Sequence record: PQ327946.1
Source of the DNA: a phage
Length of the DNA: 64,000 bases
Direction: 5' to 3' (one strand)
Under the pieces are notes generated by a model. That model made no database searches. It worked only from the letters and a program-made list of their open reading frames with translations, and had not been told where the DNA came from. The position numbers and the translations under genes were made by a program. This document shows, piece by piece, positions 61,168 through 64,000 of the stretch; the stretch's first letter is position 1; each line of letters begins with the position of its first letter.

Positions 61168-64000
61168 ATGGCTACATTAAAACAGATACAATTTAAAAGA
61201 AGCAAAGTAGCAGGAGTTAATCCTACTGCAGCACAATTAGCCGAAGGCGAATTAGCGATAAACTTAAAAGATCGAACTCTTTTTACTAAAGATGACCTCG
61301 GTAATATTATTAGCCTAGGCTTTGCTAAGGGTGGGGATATTAACGGTAATGTAACTCAAACTGGCGATTATTTACAAAACGGCACGTATAATCTCAATGG
61401 AAATCAGTTTGTTTATGCAGGAAAATACATTGAATTTTTACCTAAAACCACTGGAAATGGCGCTTGGGCTAACCAACATTCGAATAAAGCCCCTATCTTT
61501 ACAGATTTAAGTTCAACTACTTCTGTTTCAGAATACCATCCACTGATTAAACAACGCTATAAAGATGGAACTTTTTCTGCTGGTACATTAGTAAACGAAG
61601 GTAGTTTTAAATTCCATTATATTGATGAAACCGGGACTTCAAAATACTGGACTTTTAATCGAAACGGTAATTTTCAAGTTGATTCCGGAAGTTTATTAGT
61701 ATCTAATGGATATTTAGTTACTCAAAGTAATATTGAAACTAAAGCTGGTTCTTTAATTGGTCCTAAAGTTATTACCAAAAATATCAATGTGAGCACTAAA
61801 TCTTGGGACACTAATATTGATACTGCATATGATTTAGTTTCATTACCGACTTGGCAGTATACTCCAACCGAAACGGATTTAGATACTAATGGTATAAACT
61901 ACCTTCGTAAATTCCGCGGACATGTTTCTTCTGCTATTTTCCATGAAGTTGCTGATGCTCGTTCAGGTAAACCACAGAATATTTCGTATTGGACGGGACG
62001 TAATGCTGAAGTTTATCAATGGTCTTATACCACAGATGGGCGTATGTCTGTTGCTAATTCGATAGGTATAGGTCTTGCTGATGTTGGTGACCAAGGACGT
62101 TATCCATTGGTTTCGTTTGGTAAAGGTATTGCAATTGGTGACAATGATACTGGTATTAAATGGGTTCGTGACGGGGTTATCGATTTAGTTGCGAATGGTA
62201 TTTCTGCCGGCACTATTCTTAATAACGGTATTAACAGTACTAAAAAATTGATGGTTGGTTATAGTCGAGATTCTGGTTCTACTTGGGATTACCCAAATAA
62301 CAACCAAGCAATGTTTACTGCGCGTACCGATGTTGATGGTAATAATAACGGTGACGGTCAGACTCATATCGGTTATAGCAGCAATTCTAAAATGTATCAC
62401 TATTTCCGTGGTACAGGTCGTATGTCCGTTAATATGGTCGGTGGGCTTATTGTTGAGCCGGGTATTTTAGATATTAAAACAGGTTCAAATACATTAAGTT
62501 TGCGTGCTGATGGTACCGTCGCTTCTGTTCAAACATTAAAGCTTAATAATGGATTATATTTTAATAGTGATGGAACTAACGCTTCTCTAATTTTTAAAGC
62601 AGCTTCAGGTATTGATGGTACTAAGCAAATTTTGTGGGAAGGCGGTACCCGAGCGGGCCAGAATAAGAGTTATGTAACTGTTAAAGCATGGGGTAATTCA
62701 TTTAACGCCACCGGCGATAAAGCTCGCGAAACGGTTTTTGAAGTAGCTGATGGTCAAGGTTATTATTTTTATTCTCAACGCGTAGCTCCGAGCGGTTCCG
62801 AAACTACTGGTCCTGTTGTAACCCAGTTTGCGGGAGCTGTTAACGCTAGAGGAAGTATTATTACTGACGGAAGTTTTAAAGTTAATGGATTAAGCACTTT
62901 AGTCGGCAATGTTACCATGTCTAATGGTTTGTTTGTCCAAGGTGGTTCTTCTATTACAGGCCAAGTAAAAATTGGTGGAACAGCAGATGCATTGAGAATT
63001 TGGAACGCCGAATATGGCGCTATTTTCCGCCGTTCTGAAGATAAGCTTTATATTATTCCAACCCCGCAGAATGCTGGTGAATCAGGTGGTATTTCTAATT
63101 TACGTCCGTTCTATATTGCATTAAGTAATGGTAAAGTTTCCATGGATCATGATGTAGATATCGGTGGCGGTAGATTTAAAGTAGAAGTGGCTGGAACAAC
63201 ATCAGGGCAACGTATTACAGTTAATATGGCATCAGATGCTATTAGAATAAATGCTCCAACGCAAGAGTCTTCTAACTTCATCCAAGGACGTAAAGCAGAT
63301 GTTCCGAAATGGTATTTAGGTATTGGCGATGGCAGCAACGTCGTTCGTATGCACAGTTACACCTACTCCCACGGTATTGCATTAAACTCTGATACTGTCA
63401 ATATTACTAAACCTCTTAGAATAGGTTCAGCTCAATTAGGTACTGATGGTAATATTACTGGTGGTTCTGGTAATTTTGATAACTTGAATACCACAATAAA
63501 TAACCTTAAGACAGATATTGTCTCAAGTTATCCAATTGGTGCTCCGATTCCTTGGCCTACTGATACACCTCCTGAAGGTTATGCCATAATGGAAGGTCAA
63601 ACATTTGATGCTGACTTGTATCCTAAGTTAGCTGCGGTGTATCCTTCCGGCGCTCTGCCTGATATGCGTGGTCAAACTATCAAGGGTAAACCATCTGGGC
63701 GTGCTGTATTAAGTACAGAAGAAGACGGTGTTAAGTCACATAGCCATAGTGCAAGTGCATCAAGCACGGATTTAGGTACTAAGACCACTTCTAGTTTTGA
63801 TTACGGTAGCAAAACGACTTCAAGCTTTGATTATGGTACTAAGACCAGTAATACCACTGGCAACCATAACCATACAGTGAGTGGTAATACTAGTTCCGCT
63901 GGTGCGCACCAACACGCGCGTTCAGGCCCTCAGATGCAAGGCGGCGTACCCACTAGCATATTCCGTGATGGATACAATAGTGCGGGTCCAAACGGCAACG
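61168..64000 (+). CDS. 37: long tail fibre distal subunit gp37, 3'-truncated at window edge
   Basis: ATG at 61168 ([21 protein letters not shown]..); open to end of window; His-containing tip motifs ([19 protein letters not shown]) near the end. Confidence 0.85.
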   Translation, partial: MATLKQIQFKRSKVAGVNPTAAQLAEGELAINLKDRTLFTKDDLGNIISLGFAKGGDINGNVTQTGDYLQNGTYNLNGNQFVYAGKYIEFLPKTTGNGAWANQHSNKAPIFTDLSSTTSVSEYHPLIKQRYKDGTFSAGTLVNEGSFKFHYIDETGTSKYWTFNRNGNFQVDSGSLLVSNGYLVTQSNIETKAGSLIGPKVITKNINVSTKSWDTNIDTAYDLVSLPTWQYTPTETDLDTNGINYLRKFRGHVSSAIFHEVADARSGKPQNISYWTGRNAEVYQWSYTTDGRMSVANSIGIGLADVGDQGRYPLVSFGKGIAIGDNDTGIKWVRDGVIDLVANGISAGTILNNGINSTKKLMVGYSRDSGSTWDYPNNNQAMFTARTDVDGNNNGDGQTHIGYSSNSKMYHYFRGTGRMSVNMVGGLIVEPGILDIKTGSNTLSLRADGTVASVQTLKLNNGLYFNSDGTNASLIFKAASGIDGTKQILWEGGTRAGQNKSYVTVKAWGNSFNATGDKARETVFEVADGQGYYFYSQRVAPSGSETTGPVVTQFAGAVNARGSIITDGSFKVNGLSTLVGNVTMSNGLFVQGGSSITGQVKIGGTADALRIWNAEYGAIFRRSEDKLYIIPTPQNAGESGGISNLRPFYIALSNGKVSMDHDVDIGGGRFKVEVAGTTSGQRITVNMASDAIRINAPTQESSNFIQGRKADVPKWYLGIGDGSNVVRMHSYTYSHGIALNSDTVNITKPLRIGSAQLGTDGNITGGSGNFDNLNTTINNLKTDIVSSYPIGAPIPWPTDTPPEGYAIMEGQTFDADLYPKLAAVYPSGALPDMRGQTIKGKPSGRAVLSTEEDGVKSHSHSASASSTDLGTKTTSSFDYGSKTTSSFDYGTKTSNTTGNHNHTVSGNTSSAGAHQHARSGPQMQGGVPTSIFRDGYNSAGPNGN

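Overview
This window is a near-contiguous segment of a T4-like (T-even, Tequatrovirus-type) myovirus genome, running from the 3' end of gene 15 to most of gene 37. Identification rests on reading the ORF translations against remembered T4 proteins (gp23, UvsY, gp32, Td, Frd and others are near-identical to T4); no database search was run. Coordinates of small motifs are hand-counted and may be off by 1-2 nt. The layout is: a plus-strand late structural block (15-16-17-18-19-20-67-68-21-22-23, then 24); minus-strand rnlB, hoc, inh; uvsW/uvsW.1 (+); uvsY and baseplate genes 25 and 26 (-); 51-27-28-29-48-54 (+); then a long minus-strand early/middle block (alt, 30, the 30.x cluster, rIII, 31, cd, an accessory island, pseT, spanins, alc, rnlA, denA, nrdB, nrdA, td, frd, 32, 59, 33, dsbA, rnh); then long-tail-fibre genes 34-35-36-37 (+). 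Late (TATAAATA), middle (MotA-box) and early (GTTTAC-N17/18-TACTAT) promoter motifs and UUCG-tetraloop terminators sit where expected. No rRNA, tRNA or CRISPR array was found. The departures from the canonical T4 layout, as I recall it, are the main results: (1) an intact AroG-type DAHP synthase gene fused to the end of the cd gene; (2) nrdA split into two ORFs by an HNH homing endonuclease gene; (3) a NADAR-like ORF and a HAD-like ORF in the 30.x cluster next to alt; (4) an extra ORF between td and frd; (5) two GIY-YIG endonuclease genes; (6) intron-less td and nrdB; (7) a ~260-bp structured noncoding spacer and an unlisted 59-aa basic ORF downstream of rIII. I could not identify a single clearly novel multi-gene system; the DAHP synthase and the split nrdA are the strongest candidates for follow-up.
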